Made by a program: the position numbers and the translations under genes. Below are positions 1 to 13,200 of a stretch of 64,000 nt of DNA, piece after piece; the first letter of the stretch is position 1; every line of letters starts with the position of its first letter. Origin of the DNA: Nageia nagi. Its lineage: Eukaryota; Plantae; Pinophyta. Under the pieces are notes generated by a model that was not told the DNA's origin, ran no database searches, and saw nothing but the letters and a program-made list of their open reading frames with translations. The DNA lies in the NCBI GenBank assembly GCA_050084985.1, contig JBITNC010000002.1, positions 11,470,001-11,534,000 of the forward strand, read 5' to 3'.

Positions 1-3000
1 ATTTTAAATGTTGTCTTAAGTTTGGATATGCACTCTTGAATGATTTCATCATTGTTCTTAGTTATCAAAAGATCATCCATATAAAGGAGAATCAAGACCA
101 CATCTTTTCTTTAAGTGAGCACATATAAATCAGAGTTAGAAAAATACTTAAAGGAACTAATGTCTACAAAATACCCTAAAATCTTCTTGTACCAAGCTCT
201 AGGTGCTTGCTTAAGTCCATACAATGACTTCTTTAGCTTGTGTACAAAGGATTCTTTGCCTTCCATAATAAACCCTTCTGGTTGATTCATGAAGATTTTT
301 GCATCTAATTCACCATTAAAAAATGCACTCTTAACATTAAGTTGAAAAACTTTCCATCATTGAGCTACAAAAAGAGCAAGGATAATTCTCACAATAGGCA
401 TATTTTCCATAGGAGCAAAGGTTTCCTCATAATCTACATCATATTTCTAAGTAAAACCTTTGGCTACTTACTTTGCCTTGTATTTTTTAATATCCCCAAC
501 TGAATTGAACTTGACCTTGTAGATCCACCTATTACCAATCACATTCTTCTCATTGGGATAAGGAACCAAATCCCAAGTTTTATTTTTCATAAGTGCCTCA
601 TACTCCACTTTCATGGCTTCCATCTAGCACTCATGCTTAGAAGCTTCTTTGAAAGTTGAGGGCTCATGCTTATTATTAATCTTGGCAAATAAGGATTTGT
701 TCAAGGTCATGCTCCTAGCTACCCTTTGAGTTGAAGAGTTTTATTTCTGAGGTGACTTGTTTGCAATAATATCTAGTTATCTAGGTGCAACTAAAGAGAC
801 CTCTGGATCATAAACATCCTCATTAGAAATAGATTCTTTAGGAATTTCATTAAACTTTACATCTCTTAAAACAAACACAGCTTTGTAGGATGGAGAGTAG
901 AGCCTATAGCTTCTATGTTGATTGTCATATCCTACAATGATGCATTTTTTAGTTCTTTTGTCTAACTTTTTTCTTTTCTCAAAAATAATGTAGGAGAATG
1001 CTTCATAACTAAATACCCTAAGGAGAGAAATGTTAGGTTTTCTTCTCGACCATGCCTCAAAAGGAGTTTTAACTTGAATGACTTTTGTAAGACACCTATT
1101 CAAGGTATAAATAGTAGTGCTCATAGCTTCACCTCACAAGAAACTAGGAAGATTACCCAACATGCATCTAGCCATCTCCATAATTATTCTATTTTTTTTT
1201 ACAACACCATTCTATTAAGGAGTGTACGGAATTGTAAACTGCCTTTTGATTTCATACTTAGCACAATAGTCATTGAACTTATTATTGTTATATTCTCCCC
1301 CATTATCTAATCTTAATATATTGATTTTAAGGTTAGTTTGATTCTCAATAAAGGCCTTAAAAACCTTAAAACTCTCAAAGGTTTGATCCTTGTGCTCAAG
1401 TAGATACCCAAAGGTCATCCTACTAAAATCATCAATGAAGGTCAAGATGTAAGATGCTCCTCCAAGCAACTTAGTATGAAATGAACCCATCAAATTTGAA
1501 TGCATAAGTTGAAGAGGTTGAGATGCTCTTATTGCTTTATCTTTTTCAAGCTTTTATCTATGCATCTTGCCAAGAATGCACTTCTCGCATAGACCAAATG
1601 AAGGAGAAATTGAAGGTAAACCTTTTAAAAGTTCTTGGTCTTTCATAACTTGAATACTCTTGTGGTTAAGGTGCCTTAAACATTGGTACCAAAGATTACC
1701 TCTATAACATACACTTGTAGCAAGACACATCTTTGATAGAACTTGATCCACAATGTAGAGATCTTTTATTATTGACCTTTTAACCAATGTGGTAAGACCT
1801 TTCTTAATGCACTAGGATTGAGAGTCAAACTCAAAAGAGTACCCTTTTCTAACAACTTGGATTATGGAGAGAAGGTTCATTGTTAACTTAGGAACATAGA
1901 GAACATTTTTAAGAACCTTTTCATGAATCAACACACTATTAATTCATTGGACTTCAAGGGTATAGTTATCACCTATCACAACTACATCTTTTCTATACTT
2001 ATGAAAGTTCTCAAACTTTTTCTTTTCAAAGCATAGGTGATTAGTGCAACCAGAGTCAACAATCCAATTAGATGAAAAAGAGCGAGACATGAAGTACAAC
2101 ATCGTAACAAAAATAGCTTGAATATTCTTATTTCTTTTGAAGTTCTTTACATTTTCATTTCTTGTGTTCTTTTTCTCTTTTTTCTTTTTGTAGCAATAAA
2201 CTTCTTTGTGACCTTGGATGCTATAATAATTACAATTACCATCAAACTTTCCTTAGGATAAGGATTGTTTGCTTTGCATTTTCCATGTCTTTACTTGAAG
2301 TGGTTGTTGTTGTTGTTGTTCCTACTATTATTGTTATTATTGTTGCTATTGTTCTTCCTCCTATTGTAGCTATTACTTCTTTTCTCAAACCTTTTGGAGG
2401 AATAAGGATAAGATTTTTTTTGTTGATTGAACTTTTTCTTGAAGGGGGTTTTGGTTGCTCTAAGAGCAACATTATTATCTTTAAAAGAAGAATTCAACAT
2501 CTTTTTGTGAAGGATTTTCTCATGCTTCAAAAGGAGCCTAGAAAGGTTCTCAAGGAAGAATACTTCTTCTTCATCATCAAGCCTTATTTCCATAACCATC
2601 ACAAAGTTTTTGAACTTTGAAAAAAGGCTTTGAAGAATGATGAAGACCATGAATTCATCATTGATCCAATTACACCTATAAGCAACAAGTTGGGTCCTAA
2701 GGTTAATGATTTTATTCAAGTATATAGCCACATTTTCATCTTCCTTTTGACGAGATTGAAGCAACTTTTGGATAATAGTAAACCTTCTTGAAAACTTTGA
2801 ACCAAGGTATATTTGTTTAAGCTTATCCCAAGCTTCCTTTACCAAGGTTAAAGAGGAAATCATTAAGAGCACATAATCTGAAATTGCATGGAAGATCATG
2901 GAGGTTGCCAACTTATTTTTCATGTTGTAAGCCTCCAATGCCTTCTCATCTATAGGAGGTACAAGGTTCTCATTCACTATTTTCCAAAGCTTCCTTACCT

Positions 3001-3090
3001 GTAATTCAGCTCTCATTCAAGGTTCCCAAATACCAAAGTTGGAATTATCAAGAATGTGTTTGGGTAAAAAGGAGTCTCCTATTTGCTACA
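1..3090 (-). pseudogene. copia gag-pol, disrupted by stops and frameshifts
   Basis: ORF fragments 2291..3016, 1215..1505, 777..1124 and others, with many premature stops. Confidence 0.9.
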
Positions 3091-5907
3091 CAAGAATGTG
3101 AAAAAGTAATAAGCATATGGTTCAATAAATAACATTACATTTTACATTTAATTAACTAAGGCATGCTTGATTTGATTCACAAGTGCAAATATTTTACAAC
3201 TTAAAAATACATCCCATGTACCCAAATACTTTTGTCATCACCAAGAACTGTAGATGTAGAAGGACATTATTGAGGCTTGTTTTCTTGTCTTAAATTAGGC
3301 CTTCACTTGGATGCCCACACAAGAGGAGCCCAAGTACTACCAATCCTCAACCAGTTCATGTTGGTCAGTTTTATACTTTCTCACAAGGATAAGTACCTAC
3401 TATTTTCTAAGGTTATGATATTTATTGAATCGACCAAATTATTAATCTTGATTAGGTTTCAAGTTATCCTCCTATATTATCAAGATAATCCTTGAATGGA
3501 TGTGTGTACATGTGGTATCACTACACATATGCCTATCCACCTATTGGAGTTATGTCTAGACTAATAGAGGACTTAGGGGCAATTGAGAAGTACAAACTTT
3601 TCACCATTTGGATCATTGGACTTAAAGGCTCCAGTCCACCTATCCTCACCTCATGGCTCCCCAAACAAGTCATGTTAGGAAATGTACATATGGATGTGCT
3701 CATATTAAGGGGTTGCTCATATCAATGTTTGCATAAGCAAATAAATCAAAGTGTGAAACATGAAGTAAAGAGCATAAAAAATCATCTATTCATAACTTGG
3801 AACCTTAAAAGTCTAATAGGTTTTGCTTACTAACCTCTAAAGGACATCTTTACATAGGTCCTTAAATTTGCAAAACTTAAGTTTGCAAAAGAAATGATAA
3901 ATACTTAAGCATGTATTAATTTCATGATTTGCACAAGTTATAAAGGATAAATACTTAGGTATAAGTATCAATTTAGTTAACTTGAAAAAATGGCATTCAT
4001 CAAACTCATAACTTAAAATTTAAGTAGGCATGCATCAAATGTAAGGAGCATACATCATTTGACTTTAAGTAATGAGCGTGCATTATATAATTAAGGAATT
4101 TAAGTCCTAAACATGCATAAAAGATATTAATTCATATAGCATGAATCAACCTATATGCAAAAGATTAAAGTTTGCATAGACATGCATTATTTTAACATGC
4201 TATATTATTTCATGCTATAGATAAAATTTAAGTAAAGAACAAATTATACAATTTTCTCCTTCTTTTACTTAAAAAATTATCCTAAGGATAGCATGATATT
4301 AAAAAATATTAATGCCAACAATAAGCATTAAAGAACTTTTGTGTAAAAATCTACTTAATGATTTTGTTCATTTAAATAAGAATTTAATAGGCCATCATTT
4401 TCTTACTAGCACTTGAGAGTAAAAAGTACCATATATTTAATGCAACCTTACCTCAAGCACTCCAAGTAAACAAAAAACAATACTCTTGATTAGAGAAAAA
4501 AATGCTTTTAGGTAAAAAAAAAATGATGATGGAGTACTTCTTATTTTGGAGTATTACTTCTTCTAAGTGCATTTAATGGAAGGAAATGTCCACCAAAAAA
4601 GGGGAGTATACATTTTCTCCTATTTAATGAAAAACATCATGATATGCATGCACCAAGACAAAATTGAATGCACCAAATTTAAAAAAAAACTAAGTCATCT
4701 CCCACTGGTTGTCTTGCACTATTTTTAAGATAGAAAGCACACAAAACAACAAGGGAAAGAGAGAAAAAAAAGGAGACTACAAATTGAGGTGCAGGGATGT
4801 GGTGCTTGGAGAGGATCAAGTAGCACATGGGGAGGAGCGAGCAAAATGCAAAGGGGTGGAGTGGTGAAGGAAGATGGTCACCATAGGAGTGGCATGATAG
4901 TAGATGAAGGAGTAGAGGGAGTTGGTCACAACTAGAAGGAAGGAAAAAAGACAAATGTTGCAGAGTTGCCACACAACACCATGAAGGAGCTAAGTGAGTG
5001 GGAAGCCCTTGTTAAAAGAAAGTCTTCAAAAATTAGTAGATGCATGTGACAAATATCTAGCTTTGGATGCAACAAAAAAATTTAAAATTTATGGAGAAGA
5101 GAATCAAAAGATAGGTGATGGTAGCAACAAGTGTGAGACCCAACAAGGGAGTTAAGCGAGCACCACATAGGAGCAACAGGTTTTAGGTGGATGCACCATG
5201 AAATTAGAGACAAGTCGAAAGGCACCTATGAAGCAAGAGATAGGGCGAGGGTTCAATATGGGTTGCGGTTGGAGATAGCCACTAAATCATGAACAAAAAG
5301 GGCCACAAGATCACCCCCTTATGCGTGGTTGGACCCCCTTTCAAATGCATAAAGACCCCCTTTAAGAGCTACGAGGGCTTGTTCAAGGATGTGCAGGGAT
5401 TTTGTTTAATACAATTAGACCCCTCTATTACTCTTGAACATTTCTCCTCTTGATGAAAAAAAAAATTGAAGAAGATTTTCATGAAGAGTATTGGCAATAA
5501 CAATAAACCCCTTCTTTTTTTATTCTAGCATTTTTTTACACAATCTTTGCATAGAAAAAAAATAACATATTATTGCTGTATAGGATAAATGTGACTATTA
5601 AAAAATAGTTGTAGTAAAAAAAAATAGCAATAACATGTAACTAATATGAGAGGTTAAAAAAATATTGCATTATAATGCTATTTTGACCATATTTTGCTTA
5701 AAAAAAGAACTAACATATAGCAAATAATATGTTAGTATAATAATGTGATAATCCAAAAAGGAAATGACCAAGAGCAAGAAAAAAATTATACCTTCTCTTG
5801 GTTTTACCTCAATAGGGAAGTGTAAGATAGAGAATGAATACCTCCAAGATGAAGAACTTTTACACCAAGGTTGTGAAGAGGAGCCTCCAAGGTTCTTTGA
5901 TACCAAT

Positions 5908-6405
5908 TGATAGAATTGAACTATAACAAGAACAACTCTAAACTCCCAAGATCACATGAAAGCTCACAAACACATCTAAATAACTCATAAAATAATCTCA
6001 TAACATAACACAAGATGTAAGTGGTTCCTCCAACTAGGAGTACATCCACTAACTAGATCTCACTTTATTCACCAATATGAACTCTTACAATCCTCCTAAA
6101 CTTTTCTCTTAAACACTATCCTATAGCATAAATTTACTCCACAAACTAGTGTGTCATCACAAAGAGGGAGCCTTCTATTTATAGGCCAAAATCTCTCTTT
6201 GGATCACCCTTTTATCTAATTTACAAAAGCATGACATGCACATCCTTTTACCCAAGGGGCATGCTCATGACATGGAGTGTAGGACAAGTTACATTATCAT
6301 ATTCACTTAAATACTTAAGGTATCAAAGGATACCCTTAAGTATTAGTGAACTTACATAGAATATTATTACATAACCTTTACAATAATACATTATACATTC
6401 CAATA
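5908..6405 (-). repeat. 5' LTR of copia copy 1 (~498 bp)
   Basis: TG...TA on the + strand (decayed TG...CA). Homologous to 14271-14747 and 62783-63277; 2 nt from the PBS. Confidence 0.9.
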
Positions 6406-8729
6406 GACTGAACGCCATTCATATTAAGAACAATAAAGGCATCTCAAAAGAGTATTCAGACTGATTGAAGAACAACAAGGCCAAACCCAAGTGCTTGGAG
6501 CATGGATAGAACAAAGTGCCATTCAATCCTATCATAGGCTTTTTCAAAATTAATTTTAATAAATAGTGCTTCTTTATCAAAGACTCTTGTCCATTCCATT
6601 CCTTCTTAGATTGCAATAACATTAACTAAGATATAATGACCCATTACAAAACCTATTTGCTCAGGTCAAATAATCAAAGGAAGTAACGATTTGAGCTTAA
6701 GAGTTAAAGCTTTGGAAATGACTTTATAGCTCACATTTAACAGAGTTATAGGCCTCTAATTTATAATGATATTAGGGTCTCCTTGCTTGGGAATGTACTT
6801 TATATTACCTCTATTGATTAACTGGCCTAGAGATTCAGTAACCATAGCTTTCTTGTACACTCAAAGGAGATAGGAGACAACCAAATTCCAAAATTCCTTA
6901 TAAAATTCATAAGAAAATCTATCAATTTCATGGGCTTTCTCATTAGCCATGTGGGAAAGAGCAATCTTAAGATCCTCAAGAGAAAGAAGACAATCACAAA
7001 TATCCCTCTAAGATTCAAAAAGCCTCAAAGGTATGATAGAGCAACACTGCTTAATGAATTTTTGTCAAGCATCAGTGAGAGGTTAATAAAAAAAAACTTA
7101 TTGGTAATGGGCCATAAAAGTATTAATAATACTAGGAAGGGAGGTAAAACAAACCTCTTCTGCCTGAATAGCATGAAATTGAGTAGCATGAACAGGAGGG
7201 AAAAGGCATTTAAAAAATTCCTTAAAGACTTTATTTCCCACTTTGAGCCAATTCATTTTAGCTTGCAACTAAGCTCCTTTAGCTTCATACAACTTAGCTT
7301 TTCTAATTTCATGATGTAGAGTAACAACATAAGCTTAAGCAGGTTGATTAAAAGGATTAGCCTCTAGTTTAGGGATGGCTCTTGCAAGCTTTGCTTGAAG
7401 AACAATGTTATTTTTCCTTCTCCTCGTAGCAACCTTAACATCGAGGGTGTGAATAGTAGTAGTCCTACTAATGGCATCATTTGACCATTGAATCCACCCT
7501 AAAGCCCTAAAAGGTTGGGGAATGAGATTCTAAATGCGATAAATATGGGCTTTCATAGAGTCACTTTGCATAAAGGAAATATTAAGATAGAATTATGAAG
7601 TGAAAATTCTACAAGAGGTATTATCCTAAGAGATCTCAAACAAGACAAGAGCATGATTAGATAAGGTGGTATTAGGGATAACCATCATAAAGGGATTCAA
7701 AGGAGAAACTCAAGTAAAATGAAAGGAATCAATTTCTTAAAGCATAACATAATCCAACCTCTTAAGAACTCAAGCATCACCACTTTGAAGATTGGACCAA
7801 GTAAACCACTAAGCTTTTGAAAAAGCTTTAGGAGTGAATCCAAAGTTTAGATAAAAAAGATTTAGTTTATTTTTCATGAAAAACCAATTCTCTATTTCTC
7901 CCACACTCCACTACCAATGGGATTGATTTTTCTTATCTAACTACTTTTCCACCATATTGAAGTCCCCATAGAGAACCCAAATGGTAAAGGGGAGTGATAA
8001 TGCAAGCCACCTCCATAAAGTACATCACTCATGTGCATCATTAGATGCATAGATATTGATAATGCCAAAGGGCTTACCATGCAAATATAGCAAGATCCAA
8101 ACCTCTTGGTTGGAAGGGTCCACCCCCCAAGAAACAACATTTGAACACCATCTTGGGGAAATGAAAGTGACAACACCTACACTCCTAAGAGAATGATTGG
8201 TACAAAAAATGGGCCCCTCAGTTAGAGAAAAAAATAAGTACATTGAAGAATGAAGTCAACAACTTTAATCTCTTACAAATAGATAAAGTTGAGATTACCA
8301 TACAAGTGAGCAACATTGGATAAATCACTACGGACCATGTATTTATGGACTAGGTCCGTCAATCCTCTGACATTCCAATAATAAAAAATCATTGAGGGGT
8401 GTCATGGACCTAAAGATCCATGTTGTCCTTGAAGTCCCCTAAATCAGCTAGGTCCCTAAAAGCATTAACATCACCTTGAGGAAAAGCAACTTGGCGATGG
8501 GTGTCAAATGTTTGCCATCTCTTATTTGCATGAACATCAAAGCCCTCCCTACAAGGATTGTGAGAATATTGAGACTTGATGCTTAAGCTTTCCTTTATTC
8601 CCTGAGCTAAAGGGGGATTAGAGAAAATAGAAGAAAATACAGGCCCCAACCAAATGAAGGAACCAAAGGGTTCATACATCATCAGAACTTGAATATATAC
8701 CTCCACCTATTAAACAACCAAGGGGGTTG
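6406..8729 (-). mobile_element. L1-clade LINE: end of ORF1, ORF2 endonuclease and N-terminal RT (decayed)
   Basis: ORF2 start MIFYYWNVRGL at 8392. RT motifs RPITLLNVSYKVISKAL and KINFEKAYDRIEW. Cut at 6406 by the copia copy 1 LTR. Confidence 0.88.
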
Positions 8730-8805
8730 AGAAATAACTATATTTATTACAAATATAGTCACCTATTATATATAAAACATGTGTTGATTATTATTACAAA
8801 ATAGA

Positions 8806-9180
8806 GCATGCACATACGAGTTCCTCACATGTGGATAATTGAACAGTGCTAAAAGACACATAAGAATTCCTCACACATGGATAACTGAACAGTGCTAGAT
8901 CATGCACATAAGAGTTCCACATATATGGATAATTAAACAATGCCAAAAGACACATAAGAGTTCCTCACACATGGATAACTGAATAGTGTAATATTGACCA
9001 AAAAATAGAGTATGCACATACAAGTTCCTCACATATGGATAACTAAATAGTGCAAGAGTGGCCATGTTGTACAACAAGTTCCTCATGCAAAGCAAACTTA
9101 CCATAAAGATGTAGTGCTAGATTGGCCAATTTTACAAGAAGTTCCTCATGCAGAGTGAACTTACCATGAAGGTGTACAAC
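8806..9180. repeat. Tandem array of ~46-bp units downstream of copia pol
   Basis: Five copies of approximately CACATAAGAGTTCCTCACACATGGATAACTGAACAGTGC, plus two longer variants sharing AAGTTCCTCA. Confidence 0.9.
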
Positions 9181-9255
9181 AAAATCAACATTATATAGCA
9201 CAAAATCCTCCTAAGAACAAAGTTGTCATCACAGACATGAATTCAACACAAGAAT

Positions 9256-12200
9256 TCAAACTTCACTTCCCCTTGAGGGCAACTTCACCAACCTAATAGC
9301 ATCTTGTAGCTTATAGAATTAAACTTTCGAGAGGGGATTGGTGAACAAATCAATGAAGTTCAAAGTAGATGGACAACACTCCAAGTGTATGATGCCATCA
9401 AGAACCTTCTCCTTGATAAAATGGGCATGGATTTCCATATGTTTTGTTCTCTAATGGAACACTGGATTCTTATCCAAAGAAATAGCTAACTAATTATCTA
9501 GAGAGATCAAAGATGATCCACCTTGCTTATACCCAATTTTGTTCAGAAGATGCCATAGCCAAATGGCTTCTTGGGTATTCAGCTTTTGTGGTGGAAAGAG
9601 AAATAGGAGGTTGCTTCTTGGAAGCCTAAGAGATAGCACTTGAACCAATGCTAAACACATGCAGAGGTTGACTTCCTATCATCTCTATCTCCCCCATAGT
9701 TAGAATCTAAGAATCCAAAGAGAACAATTGAGGGCAACTTGGAATACTTGAGAGCAAGGTCCTTAGTCCTTACAACATATTGCAAAATATGCTTAACAGC
9801 ATTGAGGTGCTCCACATAAGGTTTTTGCATAAATCATGCCATCAGATTTATTGCAAAGGTAATATCTAGTCGGAAGATAGTCAAATACAAAAGACTACCA
9901 ATTAATTGCCTATAAGTTGTAACATCAACTAACTGAGAGTTGGAGCTTAGAGAAATAGTGATTCTAGGAGAGATTGGAATTGCAACATATCTACACTCCA
10001 TCATTTCAAACTTTTGTAAGATGTCTGATATATACTTAGATTGATTGAGGTAAGTACAATCCTTGTATTGATACACTTGCATGCCAAGATAGTAGTGCAA
10101 GAGACCAAGATTAATCATTTCAAATGTTGCCTTAAGTTTGGATATGCACTCTTGAATGATTTCATAATTATTCCTAGTAATCAAAAGATCATCTACATAA
10201 AAGAGAATTAAGATAGCATCTTTTCCTTGATGGAGCATATAGAGATTGAAATCAAAAAAATACTTGGAGAATCCAAGGTCTATGAAGTACCCTGAAATCT
10301 TTGTGTACTAGGTGCAAGGTGCTTGCTTAAGTCCATACAAAGACTTCTTTAGCTTACACATAAAGGACTCTTTGCCTTCCATAATGAACCCTTCTAGTTG
10401 ATGCATGAATATTTTCACATCCAAATCACCATTGAAAAATGTGCTCTTGACATCAAGTTGAAAAACTTTCCATTCTTAAGTTGTAGAAAGAGCAAAAAGA
10501 ACTCTCACAGTAGGCATCTTTACCACAAGAGCAAAGGTTTTCTCATAATCTACATCGTATTTTTAAGCAAAACCTTTAACTACTAACCTTGCCTAATATT
10601 TCTCAATATCTCCCACTAAATTGAACTTGAACTTGTAGATACACTTATTACTAACCACATTCTTATCATTGGGATAAGAAACCAAGTCCCAAGTTTTATT
10701 TTTCATAAGCCCCTCACACTCCACTTTCATGGCTTCTATCTAGCACTTGTGCTTAGAAGTTTCTTTGAAGGTTTAAGGCTCATGGTTGTTGTTACTCTTG
10801 GTAATTAAGAATTTGTTCAAGGTCATGTTCCTTGTTACCCTTTATGTTAGAGAATTTTGTTCTTAAGGTGACTTATTTACATTAATATTCAACCAGCTAA
10901 GAGCAACTAAAGAGTCTTCTAGATCATCAACATTCTCAGTAGAAGCAGATTCTTGAAGAAGTTCATTGAACTTTACATCCTTTGAAATGAATATTGCTTT
11001 ATAGATTGGAGAGTAAAGCCTAAATCCTCTATATTAATTATCATAACCCACAAAGATGCATTTATCAGATCTTTGATCCAACTTCTTCCTTTTCTTAGAA
11101 ATAATGTAAGAGAAAGCTTCACAACTAAACATCCTAAAGTGAGAAATGTCAAATTTTCTTCTTGACCATACCTCAAAAGGATTTTTACTCTGAATAGCTT
11201 TTACGGGACACCTATTCAAGGTGTAAACAGTAATGCTCACAACTTCACCCCATAAGAACTTAGGAAGATTATCCAACATGCATCTAGTCATCTCCATAAT
11301 TATTCTATTTTTCCTTTCAACAACATCATTTTATTGAGAAGTGTAAGGAATTATAAACTACCTCTTGATTCCATACTTAGCATAATAGTCATTGAACTCA
11401 TTGTTGTTATATTCTTCCCTATTATTTGATCTCAACATTTTGATTTTAAGCTTAGTTTGATTCTCAACAAAGGCCCTAAAAATCTTAAAAGTCTCAAAAG
11501 TTTGATCCTTGTGCTCAAGTAGATACCCAAAGGTCATCTTACTAAATTCATCAACGAAGGTCAAGACGTAAGATGCTCCTCCAAGTGACTTAGTCTAAAA
11601 TGGACCTATCAAATTTAAATGCATAAGTTGAAGAAGTTAAGATGCTCTTATTACTTTATCTTTTTCAAACTTTTATCTATGCATCTTGCCAAGAATGCAC
11701 TTCTCGCATAGGCTAACTAAAGGAGAAATTGAAGGCAAACCTTCTAGAAGTTCTTGGGCTTTCATGACTTGAATACTCTTGTGGTTAAGGTGCCCTAAAT
11801 GATGGTGCTAAAGATTGCCTTTAGAACACACACTAGAAATAAGACACATCTTTTATGGAACTTGATTGATAATGTAGAGGTTATCTTTTACAAATTCTTT
11901 AACCAAAGTGGTAAGTCCTTTTTTAATGCACCAATTTTGAGAGTCGAACTCAAAGGAGTACCCTTTTATAGCAACTTGGATTATGGAGAGAAGGTTCATC
12001 CTTAACTTAAGAACATAGAGAACATTATCAAGAACCTTTCCATGAATTAGCACACTTCCAATTCTTTGGACTTCAAGGGTAGAGTTATCACCTATCACAA
12101 TTGCATCCTTATTATACTTATGAAGGTTCTTAAACTTTTTCTTTTCAAAGCATAGGTGATTAGTGCAACCAGAGTCAACAATCCATTCAGATGAAAAAGT

Positions 12201-13200
12201 GTGAGACATGGAGTAGAGTGCCACAACAAAATCAGCATGAATATTTTTTTTCTTTGTAGTTCTTTACATTTCCATTACCGTTGTATTTTTCCTCCTTTTC
12301 CTTTTTATAACAATCAACTTCTTTATGATCTTGTATACTACAATAGTTACAATTCCCATCAAAAATTTTCTTAAGATAAAGAGTGTTTATTTTGTCTTTT
12401 ACATCTTTGTGCTTGAAGTGATTGTTGTTACCATTATTTCTGCTGCTATGTTTATTGTTTCTATTATTCCTGTTACTATTGTAGCCACTACCTCTTTTCT
12501 CAAACCTTTTGGAGGAAGAAAGGTAAGATTTATTTTGATGGTTGAACTTCTTTTTGAAAGGAGTTTTGGTTGCTCCAAGAGCAATATTAGTCTCCTTAAT
12601 AGAAAAAATTAACTCTTTATTATTAAGAGTTTCCTCATGCTTCAATAGGTGCCTTGAAAGGTTCTCAAGGGAGATGACTTCTTTTTCATCATCAAGCCTT
12701 GTTTCCATAATTATTACAAAGTTTCCAAACTTTGACAAAAGGCTTTGAAAAATGATGAAGACCATGAACTCATCATTGATCCAATTGCACCCACAAGCAA
12801 CAAGTTGGGTCCTTAGGTCAATAATTTTGTTCAAGTGTATAGCCACATTTTCATCTTCCTCTTGATGAGATTGAAGCAACTTCTAGAGAATGGTAAACTT
12901 TCTTGAAAAATTTGAACTAAGGTAGATTTTATTTAGCTTACCCCATGCTTCTTTTGTTAAGGTTGATGAGGATATCATCAAGAGCACATCATATGAAACT
13001 GCACGATAAATCATGGAGGTTGTTAACTCATTCTTTATGTTGTAAGCCTCTAGTGCCTTCTTATTTGTAGGAGGTACAAGGTTCTCATTCACTGTTTACC
13101 ATAGCTTTCTTGCCTGCAATTCAACTTTCATCTAAGGTTCCCAAATCCCATAGTTGGAACCATCAAGAATGTGTTTGGGTAAAAAGGATTCTTCTATTTG
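9256..13200 (-). pseudogene. copia gag-pol (copy 2), disrupted
   Basis: ORF fragments 12883..13092, 12232..12879, 11853..12224, 11358..11564, 11034..11297 and 9834..10238. Confidence 0.9.

Larger units (their letters stand above)
1..6405 (-). mobile_element. Ty1/copia LTR retrotransposon, copy 1 (decayed; 3' part runs off the window)
   Basis: Minus-strand order gag (2291..3016), protease (WIVDSGCTNH ~2040-2070), integrase (LTFIDDFSR, DNGGEY), RT (1..~650), which is the copia order. tRNA-Met PBS TGGTATCAAAGAACC at 5891-5905 next to the LTR at 5908-6405. Confidence 0.95.

Noticed and set aside
2300-2350. Poly-Asn tract in gag as a functional domain
   Set aside because: An (AAC/AAT)n microsatellite expansion in a dead copy; copy 2 has a shorter, mixed tract.
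6401-6405. Non-canonical TA LTR termini (also at 63277 and 25605) as a family trait
   Set aside because: The sister LTR at 14747 ends in CA, and C-to-T decay is pervasive in this window.
8806-9180. CRISPR-like appearance of ~37-bp repeats with short variable linkers
   Set aside because: Linkers are mostly ~8-10 bp and recur, the repeats are degenerate, the context is a eukaryotic retrotransposon 3' region, and there are no cas genes.
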